Shown here in pieces: positions 47,233 to 59,960 of a DNA stretch of 64,000 bases. Each line of letters begins with the position of its first letter. Position 1 is the stretch's first letter. The stretch is from Eledone cirrhosa (taxonomy: Eukaryota), in NCBI GenBank assembly GCA_964016885.1, contig OZ024741.1, forward strand, positions 281,170,001 through 281,234,000. Direction: 5' to 3'. A program made the position numbers and the translations under genes. Below the pieces are notes generated by a model. The model was not told where the DNA came from, did no database searches, and worked only from the letters and a program-made list of their open reading frames with translations.

Positions 47233-50044
47233 ATCATCATCATCATCATCAACGTTTAACGTCCGTGTTCCACGCTTGCATGGGTTTGGACGGGGGTAGT
47301 CCCACTTGAGGCAAGAGTGATTGTCTTGCTCGCATAGGACTGTCTGGCAGGTTTTCTACAGTTGGATGCCCTTCCTAACACCAACCACATTTACAGTGTG
47401 GGTCTGGGAGGTTTTTACCGTGTTGCCTACACGGCCACATTACAGCGTGGACTGTGTGTTTTTTTGTCGTGACACCTACACGATCTCATTTGTTTCGGCC
47501 TGGATGGCGCGACACCAACATAACTTTACATAGAATGGGGTGGTGTGGATGGGGTGGGGGTGGTGGGACAGGGTGTATTTTGTTAGAGATGCCTACTGGC
47601 TGTAGTAGGTTTTACTATGTATTTAGGTAAGGCGGGTCTTCTCTGTTACTGAGTACTGCCAAAGGTCTCGGTCCAGTGACATTGTCTTGGAGAGGTGTAA
47701 GTGTGTGAGGTCGGAGTTTATCAGCTCGTCCCAGGTTTTTCTAGGTCTGCCTATTCCGAGGCTACCGTCTATCTTTATTGCCCTGCACTTTGTTATACAG
47801 CTATCGACTTTCATGCGCATCACGTGTCCATACCAACGTAGCCTTCTCTCGAGTAAACAACATCTGATCCCTCTTATTTCTAATTTTTTCCTTAGTTCGT
47901 TTATGCTTTGCCGTTCACGTATATTACTGTTACACATCCAGCGGAGCATGCAAGCTTCGTTCCTCTCTAGTCTGCGTATATCCTCTGCACACAATGCCCA
48001 GGTCTCACTGCCATGCAACATTGCTGTTCGTATGCAGGCATCATACAACCTGCCTTTCATTTTTAGGGAGAACCCTTTAGCAGCTAATAGTGGTATAAGC
48101 TCTCTGAACTTTTTCCAACCAGTTCTGACTCTAGCTACAGTACTTTCAGAGCACCCTCCCCCACTGCTGATTTTGTCGCCCAGGTAACGGAAGCTGTCCA
48201 CTATTTCTATAGAACCCTCTGCGCAATTGAAAGAACTAGTATTTTGTGGGCACTTGCTGCTACTTATTGCACCAGAGCACCGGCCACATGTAAAATCTAT
48301 GTTCTTAGTTAGCTTACCTGTGATCCCACTACATCTTTTATGCACCCATACTTTGCATTTGGGACATAAAATGGAGTTTCTACCTACGCCTTTCCTACAC
48401 ACTGAGCACGGCCATTTCCCAGAAGGGACCGCCGCCTTATTTTCTTTCCTACAAACTAGAACTTTAGTCTTAGCCAGGTTAATTTTAAGTCCTTTTGATT
48501 CTAGGCCGTGCTTCCATGTTTGGAAATCTTCTCTAGCTCGGCCATTGATTCAGCTATGAGTGTCAGGTCGTCTGCGTATAGGAGTTCCCATGGGCAGCCG
48601 GTCTTGAACTCCTCTGTTATAGCCTGAAGGGCAATAATAAATAGTAGGGGGCTGAGAACAGAGCCCTGATGGACGCCAACTTTTACGCTAAACTCTTCAC
48701 TATATTCGTTGTTAATTCTAACCTTGCTGACTGTTTCTTTATACATGGCTTGTATAGCTCTCACAAGCCATTCGTCAACCCCAAGTTTTCTAAGAGCCCA
48801 CCAGATAATGGAACGGTGGACTCTGTCGAAGGCTTTCTCCAAGTCGACAAAAGCTAAGTAGAGGGGTTTACCTTTAGCTAGGTACTTCTCCTGTAGTTGT
48901 CGTACAATGAAAAGAGCGTCTGTGGTACTATTGCCTGACACAAACCCGAACTGCATTTCATCTAGGTCAATTCTCTCTCTGATTAGTTGCGCTATTACTT
49001 TTTCCGTGACCTTCATGACCTGGTCGATTAATTAATGCCTCTATAGTTACTCCTATCTAGGGCATCTCCTTTACCCTTATAACAGTTAACGATGATGCTG
49101 CTATGCCAGTCCTTCGGAACAACCCCATTCTGTACGACTTGGTTAACTATGCGGGTGACCATGGTGTGTCCCACCGTGCCAGATGCCTTCAGCATCTCAG
49201 CAACTATTTCCGAAGGCCCAGCCGCCTTACCCGTCTTCATATCCTTGATTGCCATACTTATTATACTCCCCTCGACTAACACTGCTGGTCCCTCTATTGG
49301 GTCGATGTGGGGGAGACTGTCTTTCTCCCATTTATTCTCCTCATTTAGTAGCCTTTCATAGTGACACTTCCAAGCTACCTTCTTATCAGCGTCGGTGATG
49401 GCAAGTACGCCGTCATCATTAAGTACACACTTCTCCCCGACAATATCACGGTTTTCCTTGACGCATTGCCTAGCAATCCTAAACACCTCACGTTTTTGGT
49501 CCTCGCGTTGTAGAACATGCTTGAACTTTCTTTCCTCTGCTTCCCTTCTTGCGAAGTACACTTGTCTCCTAGCTTCCCTCCTGGCCACTTGATAGTCTTC
49601 TCTACTTCCCCCATCCCGCCATACTTTCCAAGCCTGCTTTTTGGCCTTAAATGACCCCTCCACCTTACTGTTCCACCACCATGTTACTCTCCTCCTGCCT
49701 ACAGGCCTGCTCCAGCCACAGACTTCGTCTGTCGCCATCAGCAGGTTTGCTTTCAGAAATTCCCACTGTCCCTCTATATTGTCCGACTCTAAATGCTCTT
49801 CCTTACTGTCGAAAGCATCAAGTAATATGCTTTGAAATTTATTTCTGGCTGTGGGGTCCTTTAGCTTCCATATTTTTCTCCTGAGGATAGTCCTCTTCTG
49901 CTGTCGAGTACGTCTCGTCCTGACTATGAGGTCGCTAATTATCAGTCTATGTTGGGAGGTGCATTCTTCATGGGGGAGGGATTTAGTGTTTACAACAGAC
50001 ACTCTGTCACGTCTTCTGGTAAGGATATAATCTACCTGGCTTGT
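47233..50044 (-). mobile_element. 5'-truncated young RTE LINE (PHD-bearing) with two frameshifts
   Basis: ORFs 49028-50002, 48501-49016 and 47623-48402 are near-identical to the 982-aa ORF. Confidence 0.95.
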
Positions 50045-50050
50045 ATGCGT

Positions 50051-53000
50051 ATCATCATCATCATCATCATCAACGTTTAACGTCCGTGTTCCACGCTTGC
50101 ATGGGTTTGGACGGGGGTAGTCCCACTTGAGGCAAGAGTGATTGTCTTGCTCGCATAGGACTGTCTGGCAGGTTTTCTACAGTTGGATGCCCTTCCTAAC
50201 ACCAACCACATTTACAGTGTGGGTCTGGGAGGTTTTTACCGTGTTGCCTACACGGCCACATTACAGCCTGGACTGTGTGTTTTTTTGTCGTGACACCTAC
50301 ACGATCTCATTTGTTTCGGCCTCGATGGCGCGGCACCAACATAACTTTACATAGAACGGGTGGGGGTGGTGGTGGTGGGACGGGGTGTATTTTGTTAGAG
50401 ATGCCTACTGGCTGGAGTAGGTTTTACTATATATTTAGGTAAGGCGGGTCTTCTCTGTTACTGAGTACCGCCAAAGGTCTCGGTCCAGTGACATTGTCTT
50501 GGAGAGGTGTAAGTGTGTGATGTCGGAGTTTATCAGCTCGTCCCAGGTTTTTCTAGGTCTGCCTATTCCGTGACTACCGTCTATCTTTATTGCCCTGCAC
50601 TTTGTTATACAGCTATCGACTTTCATGCGCATCACGTGTCCATACCAACGTAGCCTTCTCTCGAGTAAACAACATCTGATCCCTCTTATCTCTAATTTTT
50701 TCCTTAGTTCGTTTATGCTTTGCCGTTCACGTATATTACTGTTACACATCCAGCGGAGCATGCAAGCTTCGTTCCTCTCTAGTCTGCGTATATCCTCTGC
50801 ACACAATGCCCAGGTCTCACTGCCATGCAGCATTGCTGTTCGTATGCAGGCATCGTACAACCTGCCTTTCATTTTTAGGGAGAACCCTTTAGCAGTTAAT
50901 AGTGGTATAAGCTCTCTGAACTTTTTCCAACCAGTTCTGACTCTAGCTACAGTACTTTCAGAGCACCCTCCCCCACTGCTGATTTTATCGCCCAGGTAAC
51001 GGAAGCTGTCCACTATTTCTATAGAACCCTCTGCGCAATTGAAAGAGCTAGTATTTTGTGGGCACTTGCTGCTACTTATTGCACCAGAACACCGGCCACA
51101 TGTAAAATCTATGTTCTTAGTTAGCTTACCTGTGATCCCACTACATCTTTTATGCACCCATACTTTGCATTTAGGACATAAAATGGAGTTTCTACCTACG
51201 CCTTTCCTACACACCGAGCACGACCATTTCCCAGAAGGGACCGCCGCCTTGTTTTCTTTCCTACAAACTAGTACTTTGGTCTTAGCCAGGTTAATTTTAA
51301 GTCCTTTTGACTCTAGGCCGTGCTTCCATGTTTGGAATTTCTTCTCTAGCTCGGCCATTGATTCCGCTATGAGTGTCAGGTCGTCTGCGTATAGGAGTTC
51401 CCATGGGCAGCCTGTCTTGAACTCCTCTGTTATAGCCTGAAGGGCAATAATAAATATTAGGGGGCTGAGAACAGAGCCCTGATGGACGCCAACTTTTACG
51501 CTAAACTCTTCACTATATTCGTTGTTAATTCTAACCTTGCTGACTGTTTCTTTATACATGGCTTGTATAGCCCTCACAAGCCATTCGTCAACGCCTAGTT
51601 TTCTAAGAGCCCACCAGATAATGGAGCGGGGGACTCTGTCAAAGGCTTTCTCCAAGTCGACAAAAGCTAAGAAGAGGGGTTTACCTTTAGCTAGGTACTT
51701 CTCCTGTAGTTGTCGTACTATGAAAAGAGCGTCTGTGGTACTTTTGCCTGACACAAACCCGAACTGCATTTCATCTAGGTCAATTCTCTCTCTGATTAGT
51801 TGCGCTATTACTTTTTCCATGACCTTCATGACCTGGTCGATTAATTTAATGCCTCTATAGTTACTCCTATCTAGGGCGTCTCCTTTACCCTTATAACAGT
51901 TAACGATGATGCTGCTATGCCAGTCCTTCGGAACAACCCCATTCTGTACGACTTGGTTAACTATGCGGGTGACCATGGTGTGTCCCACCGTGCCAGATGC
52001 CTTCAGCATCTCAGCAACTATTTCCGAAGGCCCAGCCGCCTTACCCGTCTTCATATCCTTGATTGCCTTACTTATTATATTCCCCTCGACTAACACTGCT
52101 GGTCCCTCTATTGGGTCGATATGGGGGAGACTGTCTTTCTCCCATTTATTCTCCTCATTTAGTAGCCTTTCATAGTGACACTTCCAAGCTACCTTCTTAT
52201 CAGCGTCGGTGATGGCAAGTGTGCCATCGTCGTTTAGTACACACTTCTCCCCGACAATATCACGGTTTTCCTTGACGCATTGCCTAGCAATCCTGAACAC
52301 CTCACGTTTTTGGTCATCGCGTTGTAGAACATGCTTGAACTTTCTTTCCTCAGCTTCCCTTCTTGCTAAGTACACTTGTCTCCTAGCTTCCCTCCTGGCC
52401 ACTTGATAGTCTTCTCTACTTCCCCCATCCCGCCATACTTTCCAAGCCTGCTTTTTGGCCTTAATTGACCCCTCCACCTTACTGTTCCACCACCATGTTA
52501 CTCTCCTCCTGCCTACAGGCCTGCTCCAGCCACAGACTTCGTCTGTCGCCAACAGCAGGTTTGCTTTCAGAAATTCCCACTCTCCCTCTATATTGTCCGA
52601 CTCTAAATGTTCTTCCTTACTGTCGAAAGCATCAAGTAATATGCTTTGAAATTTATTCCTGGCTGTGGGGTCCTTTAGCTTCCATATTTTTCTCCTGAGG
52701 ATAGTCCTCTTCTGCTGTCGAGTACGTCTCGTCCTGACTATGAGGTCGCTAATTATCATTCTATGTTGGGAGGTGCATTCTTCATTGGGGAGGGATTTAG
52801 TGTTTACAACAGACACTCTGTCACGTCTTCTGGTAAGGATATAATCTACCTGGCTTGTGTGTTCCCCGGATCTATAGGTGATCAGGTGATTGTCACGTTT
52901 TTTGAAGTTAGTGTTACAGATAGTTAGGTTATTTGCATCACAGAATTCCAGGATTCTGGAGCCTTCCTCATTTCTAGTACCAAACCCATAGCCTCCATGG

Positions 53001-54139
53001 ATTTCGTCGTAGCCGTCACAATGTTGTCCAACGTGACCATTTAGGTCGCCTGCGATAATTATATAGTCACTATCGGATATTTGGGAGGTAGTTAGCATCA
53101 GTGTCTCATAGAATCTGCCTTTTATAGTGCCGGGCAGTCCGGATTGGGGTGCGTACGCAGATATTACTGTCACCGTAGTTCTATTGAGGACAAGTCGTAT
53201 TTTAATTATTCTGTCGTTCACTCTATTTATGTCTATTATCTTATCTGCCCACTTTTCTGCTACCATGATTCCTACTCCACCCAGCCCATCGTCGTTTCCC
53301 ACCCAGAAAAGCTTATAACATCGTTTTTTACCCTCAATGAACCTAGCAGACCCACCCTCCACCTGGTCTCTTGAATACAACAAACATCGACCTCCTTACG
53401 TTCAAGCATTTCTACAACCTCGTTAGCGCGACCCTTTAGGGTGCCTACATTTATGGTACCAACTCTGAAGTTTTGGATTGCGTTGGGGGCGGTGGGGGGC
53501 GGGGGGCGATGGGGTTATGTTAGCCGTCCGCGGTCGAAACAATGAGGAGTGCTCGCATTCTCGTCCAAGAGGTGAATTTGTCTTTATCTTTGGCATTGTC
53601 GCTGAGCGTCCAGATTTTTCTCTCTCTCTCCTCCACTCTCCAGGATTCCGCAGTCCATCCATCCATCATATATCGAAAGGCAACCAGGCAAGCGATAGTA
53701 TAGGCCTCTGGCTTCTGATTGGTCCGCGTAATAATACTGGTGATGCGTGGGGGCTCTGGCTTATGATTGGTCCACATAATAGCAATGGTGGTGCGTGGGG
53801 GCGTGAGGGAGGGGTGTTGGGTAGCTAGATAGAAGGTAATGATTGAATGGGGTCCTTGCATTTAACAAGCGATTAACAAAAATACAAAATTTGTTCTGTT
53901 CAATACGACCAAAAACTTTCGTATTTAACAATTAATAAATACAAAAACTGTAGATTGTTTTAGCGATAGATTGGCTATTTGGACTTGATACGAAATATGG
54001 ATTGTTTTGAAAATACGCTAGAATTAGGAAATGGGGAATTAGGATTTGTGGAGGTAGAGATGAAGGAAAATCATTACGTTACATGAATATCGTGGGGTAG
54101 ACAGCAAAGCAATGAAATTTGGCGAAGTGAATTCCTATC

Positions 54140-54140
<1 letters not shown>
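50051..54140 (-). mobile_element. Near full-length RTE LINE (5' boundary approximate)
   Basis: (GAT)n tail, about 380-bp 3' UTR, APE-RT ORF, long 5' region ending at (TA)n. Confidence 0.93.
50435..53470 (-). CDS. RTE polyprotein: APE endonuclease, reverse transcriptase with inserted PHD finger, C-terminal domain (1-nt frameshift near 53356)
   Basis: FRVGTINVGTL...CIQETRW, YAPQ, GDLNGHVG, VDYIL, FVDLEKAFD, HQGSVLSP, YADD, C4HC3, FRYLG, RRLRWYGHV, GRPRKTW. Confidence 0.93.
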
Positions 54141-54175
<35 letters not shown>

Positions 54176-54589
54176 GGGGGGGTGGGGGGTGGCCGCATGA
54201 TGGTTGTGTGTGTTAGGCGTTTGACCGCCCCATGCCTTCGAAGTAGCGGGTGGGGGGGTCGAGTGTAAGCGGGAGTTTCGAAAGAAATATATATAAAATA
54301 TATATGGATATTACTCTACTTTGGTATTGAGTACTCTTTTCTCTCAGTTGTCAACCACATACGGATATATATATATATATTTGTGTGTATATATATTTGC
54401 TTTTACTCATTTACCTGTTCCAGCCAACTGGCTGAGGCCATGCTGGGCTACTACTGCCATTCCCGCTACACTTTCTATAGCCAGCCTTCCTTTGTTGAAC
54501 GTTGATATAAAAGGGAGTTTGCCGCTACTGTTCTTATTGTACTTTGTCTCATACTGTGTCTCTGGGATCTGGGTTTAGTAGATTGTTGA

Positions 54590-54870
54590 AATCATCATTA
54601 TTATCATTATCATCAAACGTCCATTTTCCATGATAACATGGGTTAGATGGGCTGCCTCGTGAGACAAGCCAAGTCCTATGACCATGGCTTACTCATACAG
54701 GATTGGTTTTGGCTTGGTTTCTATGGTTGGATGCCCTTCCTAACACCAACCACATTTATAGTGTGTGCTGGGTGCTTACATTACCACTTCACAGTGTGGG
54801 CTGGGTGTTTTATGTTGGGTCACCTAAACAACCACTTTGCAGTGTGGGCTAGGCATTTTTTGTTGTGGGT
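54590..54870 (-). mobile_element. RTE-tailed repeat
   Basis: GGATGCCCTTCCTAACACCAACC motif and (CAT)n. Confidence 0.7.
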
Positions 54871-55539
54871 GTCAAGGCTAGCCCATTTCAATTACAGATG
54901 CAACTCAATTTTGCCAGCTGAGAGGACTGGAGGACATGAAATTAAGTGTCTTGTTCAAGGAAACAAAAACAAAATGATACCAAGATTTGAACTCATGACT
55001 TTACAATCATGAACTGAACACCCTAACTACTAAGCCATGTGTCTTCTCAGAACAAAACACACAAAACTGTAAGGAAAGTTTTAGAAACTGTAGCACACAC
55101 ACAAAAACACATTTACACACATTTGTAACAAACAGGCATAAGAGTGTTTTTGATGCTATAACGTGTGAACACACACACATACAAATGACCCACTCCCCAA
55201 CACGTTCATACTTACACATATATATTCACACACAACTATATAAATTCTTGCTTCTGATACTTTCATTATTATTTTTTTTATTCTTGTGTTGCAAGAAGTG
55301 ACTAAAAGTGTTGGTATCAGGAAGAGCATCTAGCTACAAGTCCCATCCAACCCATGCCAGCATGGAAAAGTAGATGTAAAAATGATGATGATGATGATGA
55401 ATGTATGGCCATCACATTTCATCTGTTTCTGTTTATCTATTTATCATTTCAACTACCTCCATTTTTGCTTGAAAATATATTCTTGAAATAAGATATTTCT
55501 TGCAAGCTAGCCGAGCTAAATACAAAACATGATTTCTAC

Positions 55540-55945
55540 TTTAGGCAGAAGGCCAGCAGTTTTGTAGGAAAGGGAAAGCCAATTATATCGACCCCTGTAC
55601 TTAACTGGTACCTTATTTTATTGCCTTTGGAAGGATGAAAGGCAAAGTTGACCTCAGCAGGATTTGAATCTAGAAATGTAAAAATTTGTAATTAAATACT
55701 ACAAAGCATTTTATCCGGTGAATTGGCAGTATTGGTAGAGGGTCGGACGCCATGCTTTGACACATAGAGTTACGGCCCTTGCCATTCTGAGTTCAAATCC
55801 CGCCGAGGTTAACTTTGCCTTTCATCCTTATGGGGTCGATAAAATAAAGTACCAGTAATACACTGGGAAATTGCTGGCCTTGTGCCAAAAGTAGAAACAA
55901 TTTTATCCAATGCTCTTAGTGATCCTGCCAATCCACTGCCCTGTT
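55540..55945. mobile_element. Young SINE (+, 55717-55899) nested in an older antisense SINE
   Basis: TSD ATTTTATCC at 55708-55716 and 55900-55908. Confidence 0.85.
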
Positions 55946-56671
55946 AATAATTTTTAATTTAGGCAGAAGGCCAGTAATTTGGGGGGGGGGGGGGGAGTCA
56001 ATTGTATCAACCCCAGTACTTTACTGGTTCTTTATTTTATTGGGATTTGAACATAGAACATAAAAGTCAAAACAAATTCTGCAAAGCATTTTGTTGGATG
56101 CTCTATCAATACTGCCAGTCCTAAATGCCAATACTTGGTACAATATATCATCGGGTGCTGCAGATTTTGTAGTTTTCTGATAGAAACACGCAGGTGGTTG
56201 ATTTTAATATCAACTCAACAACTGTTGTTTGTGGCTAACCAGCAATAACATCTTCAGCTTGTTATTCTTCTTTCTGGAATAACAACAGTTGTTGTTGTTG
56301 TTGCTGCTCCTGCTCTTTTTCTTCTTCTTCTTCGTCTTCGTCTTCGTCTTCTTCTTCTATCACAATAGAATTTGTAATAAATAATAATAAAGATCAAGAC
56401 TATAAATATTCACTTGACATTTCTTTGTGGAATTCTAATATTTCACCCATCATTGCCAGGTAAACTTCTTTGTTCTACATCACCTCATCTTCTTCTCCTT
56501 CCTTTTCATGCACACACACACATACAGAAATGCACATACAAACACATAAACACACACTCACTCTCTATCTCCCTTCATCCATTTCTTTTCCTTTTGGTTG
56601 ATTGTTATATTAGCAGTAAATAATTGTTCTTATTTTTACTCACTTCTACTACTTGTTCCACTTATCCAAGT

Positions 56672-58158
56672 ACAGTGGGCTCTTAGAAAACTAGGAGTAG
56701 ATGAATGGCTTGTGAAAGCGGTACAAGCCATGTATAGGGGAGCAGTCAGCAAAGTTAGGATTGGCAATGAGTATAGCGAGGAATTTAGCATACAGGTTGG
56801 GGTCCACCAGGGCTCTGTTCTTAGCCCTCTCCTGTTCATCATAGTCCTGCAGGCAATAACGGAGGAGTTTAAGACCGGATGCCCATGGGAACTCCTGTAT
56901 GCTGATGACCTCGCACTCATAGCTGAATCTATGGTAGAACTAGAGAATAAATTCCAAACCTGGAAGCAGGGACTAGAGAGAAAGGGCCTCAAAGTCAACA
57001 TGACAAAGACTAAGGTCCTTGTAAGTAGACGAGAAAACAGAACCCAGATCCCCTCAGGGAAATGGCCTTGCTCAGTATGTAGGAAAGGTGTAGGTAGAAA
57101 CTCCATTCTCTGCCCCAAATGCAAACAATGGGTACACAAGAGATGTAGCGGGATCTCAGGAAGCTTAATTAAGAATGTAGGATTCACATGCAGCAGCTGT
57201 GCTGAAACAGCAAGCAAACAGCCACAGGAAACAAGTACCACCAATCTCTGGGAGGGCCCTGTAGAAACAGTAGACAGCTTCTGCTACCTAGGTGACCGAA
57301 TTAGCAACGGAGGTGGGTGCTCAGAAAGTACAATAACTAGGGTAAGAACGGGATGGAAGAAGTTTAGGGAACTACTACCACTGCTAGCTGCAAAAGGCTT
57401 CTCCCTCAGAATGAAAGGCAGACTGTATGATGCGTGTATCCGAACAGCGATGTTGCATGGTAGTGAGACCTGGGCGCTGAAGGTGGAAGACTTACGTAGA
57501 TTAGAGAGAAACGAAGCCTGCATGCTCCGATGGATGTGTAACAGTAATATACGTGAACGACAAAGCATAAAGGAATTGAGAGAGAGACTGAGCATAAGAG
57601 GAATCAAATGCTGCGTGCAGGAGAGGCGGTTACGCTGGTATGGACATGTGATGCGTATGAAGGATGACAGCTGCATAAAAAGGTGCAGAGCACTAGAAGT
57701 TGATGGAAACCGCGGAGTGGGGAGACCCAAGATGACTTAGGATGAGGTGATAAAAGCCGACCTTACCCAACTACACCTCTCAAAGTCAATGACACACGGC
57801 CGTGACTTCTGGCGTCACGCAGTAATACAGGGTACCCGACCTCCCATGGGTACATGCTGAAGCATATAAACAATATGCCCCCCCCCCCCCCTCCACCGCA
57901 AGGTGGCCGTGGAGGTGCCACGGCAAAAAAGCACCCAGCCCACACTGTAAAGTGGACGTGTAGGCGCCACGAAAAAGCACCCAGCACTCACTGTAAATGA
58001 GGTTGGTGTTAGGAAGGGCATCCAGCTGTAGAAATCAAGCCAGATCAGTTCCTGTATGAGCAAGGCATGGTCAGCCGACCAGACACTGCCCACAACAGGA
58101 CAACCCGTCTAACCCATGCTAGCGTGGAAGAACGGACGTAAAACGGTGATGATGATGA
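56672..58158 (+). mobile_element. 5'-truncated RTE LINE (PHD-bearing, distinct subfamily)
   Basis: ORF to 57740 with YADD, C4HC3 and FCYLG; 3' UTR and (GAT)n. Confidence 0.95.
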
Positions 58159-59960
58159 GTTCTATGAGGCTATTTTCTGCACACCTCAGCACTGTATCCC
58201 ATGGTGTATGTAGAATTACGTTATATATTGTGTCCTTCAGTTCTTTTTTAAAGTAGTAGAATGTGAGGATTGTTTTAGATAATTGCCAAGAAGAATAAAA
58301 AACCCATCAAACCTCTCGACCAAACAAAATTCTCTATGGCAATCTCCTATCTATTATCCATGTCATCCATAACAGGCATCACCAACTTGTTGGTCATGTC
58401 ATGAGAAGGAACGAACCTGCTACAAAACTTTTACTATTGGAGGCCATTAATATGAAATGCAAACACAGAAGACATCTCAAGACCTTAAAGAGAGTCAATG
58501 TGGAAGATAGAGAATTGTCCAGTGAAGAACTGAGACAGTTAATGTTGGATCATGTGAGATAGAAAGGTTTTATCATGTCACTACAAAGAAGTGAATGGAT
58601 TTAGTAGTTAGTAGAGTGTGATTTCAGAGATATTTGCCTGCTATTTCTAGCTTACTTAAAAAGTTCAAATAAATATCAGATATTTTTTTTTATTATTCAA
58701 CATTTAATACAACTATGCCAAAGCTAAATCTTAATATAATATATATGTATATATATATATTAATAAAAGGAATTCCAACTTTGTCTGATTTGCTCGTTTT
58801 ATTTACAATTCTTTAAAATTATAATATTATAATGAAATAGTATGGTAGAATATTAAATGTTAAGTGTTAATTGAACAAGTACTTTCATGCTTTCGCAATC
58901 TTCAGGTTCATATTCAGTGGTGACAGTCAAGTTTGCAATTTTCAACTGTAATGAGATGGGTAAATTCTGTGCCTTATATACAGTGAAAAGGGGGCTACAG
59001 AATGCTAAGTTTTGCAAACTATATTTCGACCAATCGGTGTGTAGTTTCACTAGATTACTAAAGCTGATTGGTTTAGGTGTCATGGTTGGTTGAGCATGTC
59101 TAACGACTTCTATTTGACCCTATCCAAAGCATCAATTGTTTTGCTATTTTTAGAAATGATGAAAATACATTTTCTAGGGTTTTTATAAAAAATCTTCAGT
59201 AATCATCACTATCAACATTACTTTTATTATTATTATTGTTGTTGTTGTTAGTGGTGGTAGTTGACATGGTCGTTGGCATAGTCATAGTAGGAGTAATACC
59301 CCTAAGCATTATTATTGTTCATTTAGCTTGGGTTGGAATTTATCAATAAAATTCTTTTCTTTAATTTTTCTCTTGATTTCACTTGAGCTGTGTAATTTGT
59401 AGAATGGAAATATTATAATTATTTTCTGACCACATGTTGCTAGATGGTTACTCAGGGGTATCTGACGGACATTTGGGTCTCAGATTTGCTGTCGGTGCAC
59501 CCATGCACGTTCCGATAGTGCATTTCCAGTTTGACCGACATAGTTCTTCACAATTCAGGCATTTAATATATACACACATATGTACATGTGTGTATTTGTA
59601 TGTGTATGTAAAACCATTATTCTAACCAGAATTTTACCATGCTCTTCTCTTGTATTAAAGCAGTCTCTGTTTACATAGAACATGCTCAAAAACTTCCTTC
59701 TCCTTCCTCCTCCTACTTCCCTCTCCTCCCCCTACCTCTTCCTCCTCCTACTTCCCCCCCCCCCCCTCCTCCTCATCATCATCATCGTTGTCATTAACAA
59801 TAATATAGAAATAGAAACAAAACAAATCAAACAGAAAACAACATTGGGCAAACTTTTTCAAGCAGTGGGCCACATAGAATGTGGTTCATAATAAAGCAGG
59901 CTGCACTACTAAAAAAATTAACGGCAATTTTGAAATTAGGTGTGCAATTCAGAGACATCA

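Noticed and set aside
50625-52698. Numerous antisense ORFs over the RTE and other elements
   Set aside because: Shadow frames of the coding strand with no independent motifs
54170-54290. Possible HDV-like ribozyme at the RTE 5' end
   Set aside because: GC-rich, but I could not assemble the nested double pseudoknot by eye; needs a descriptor search
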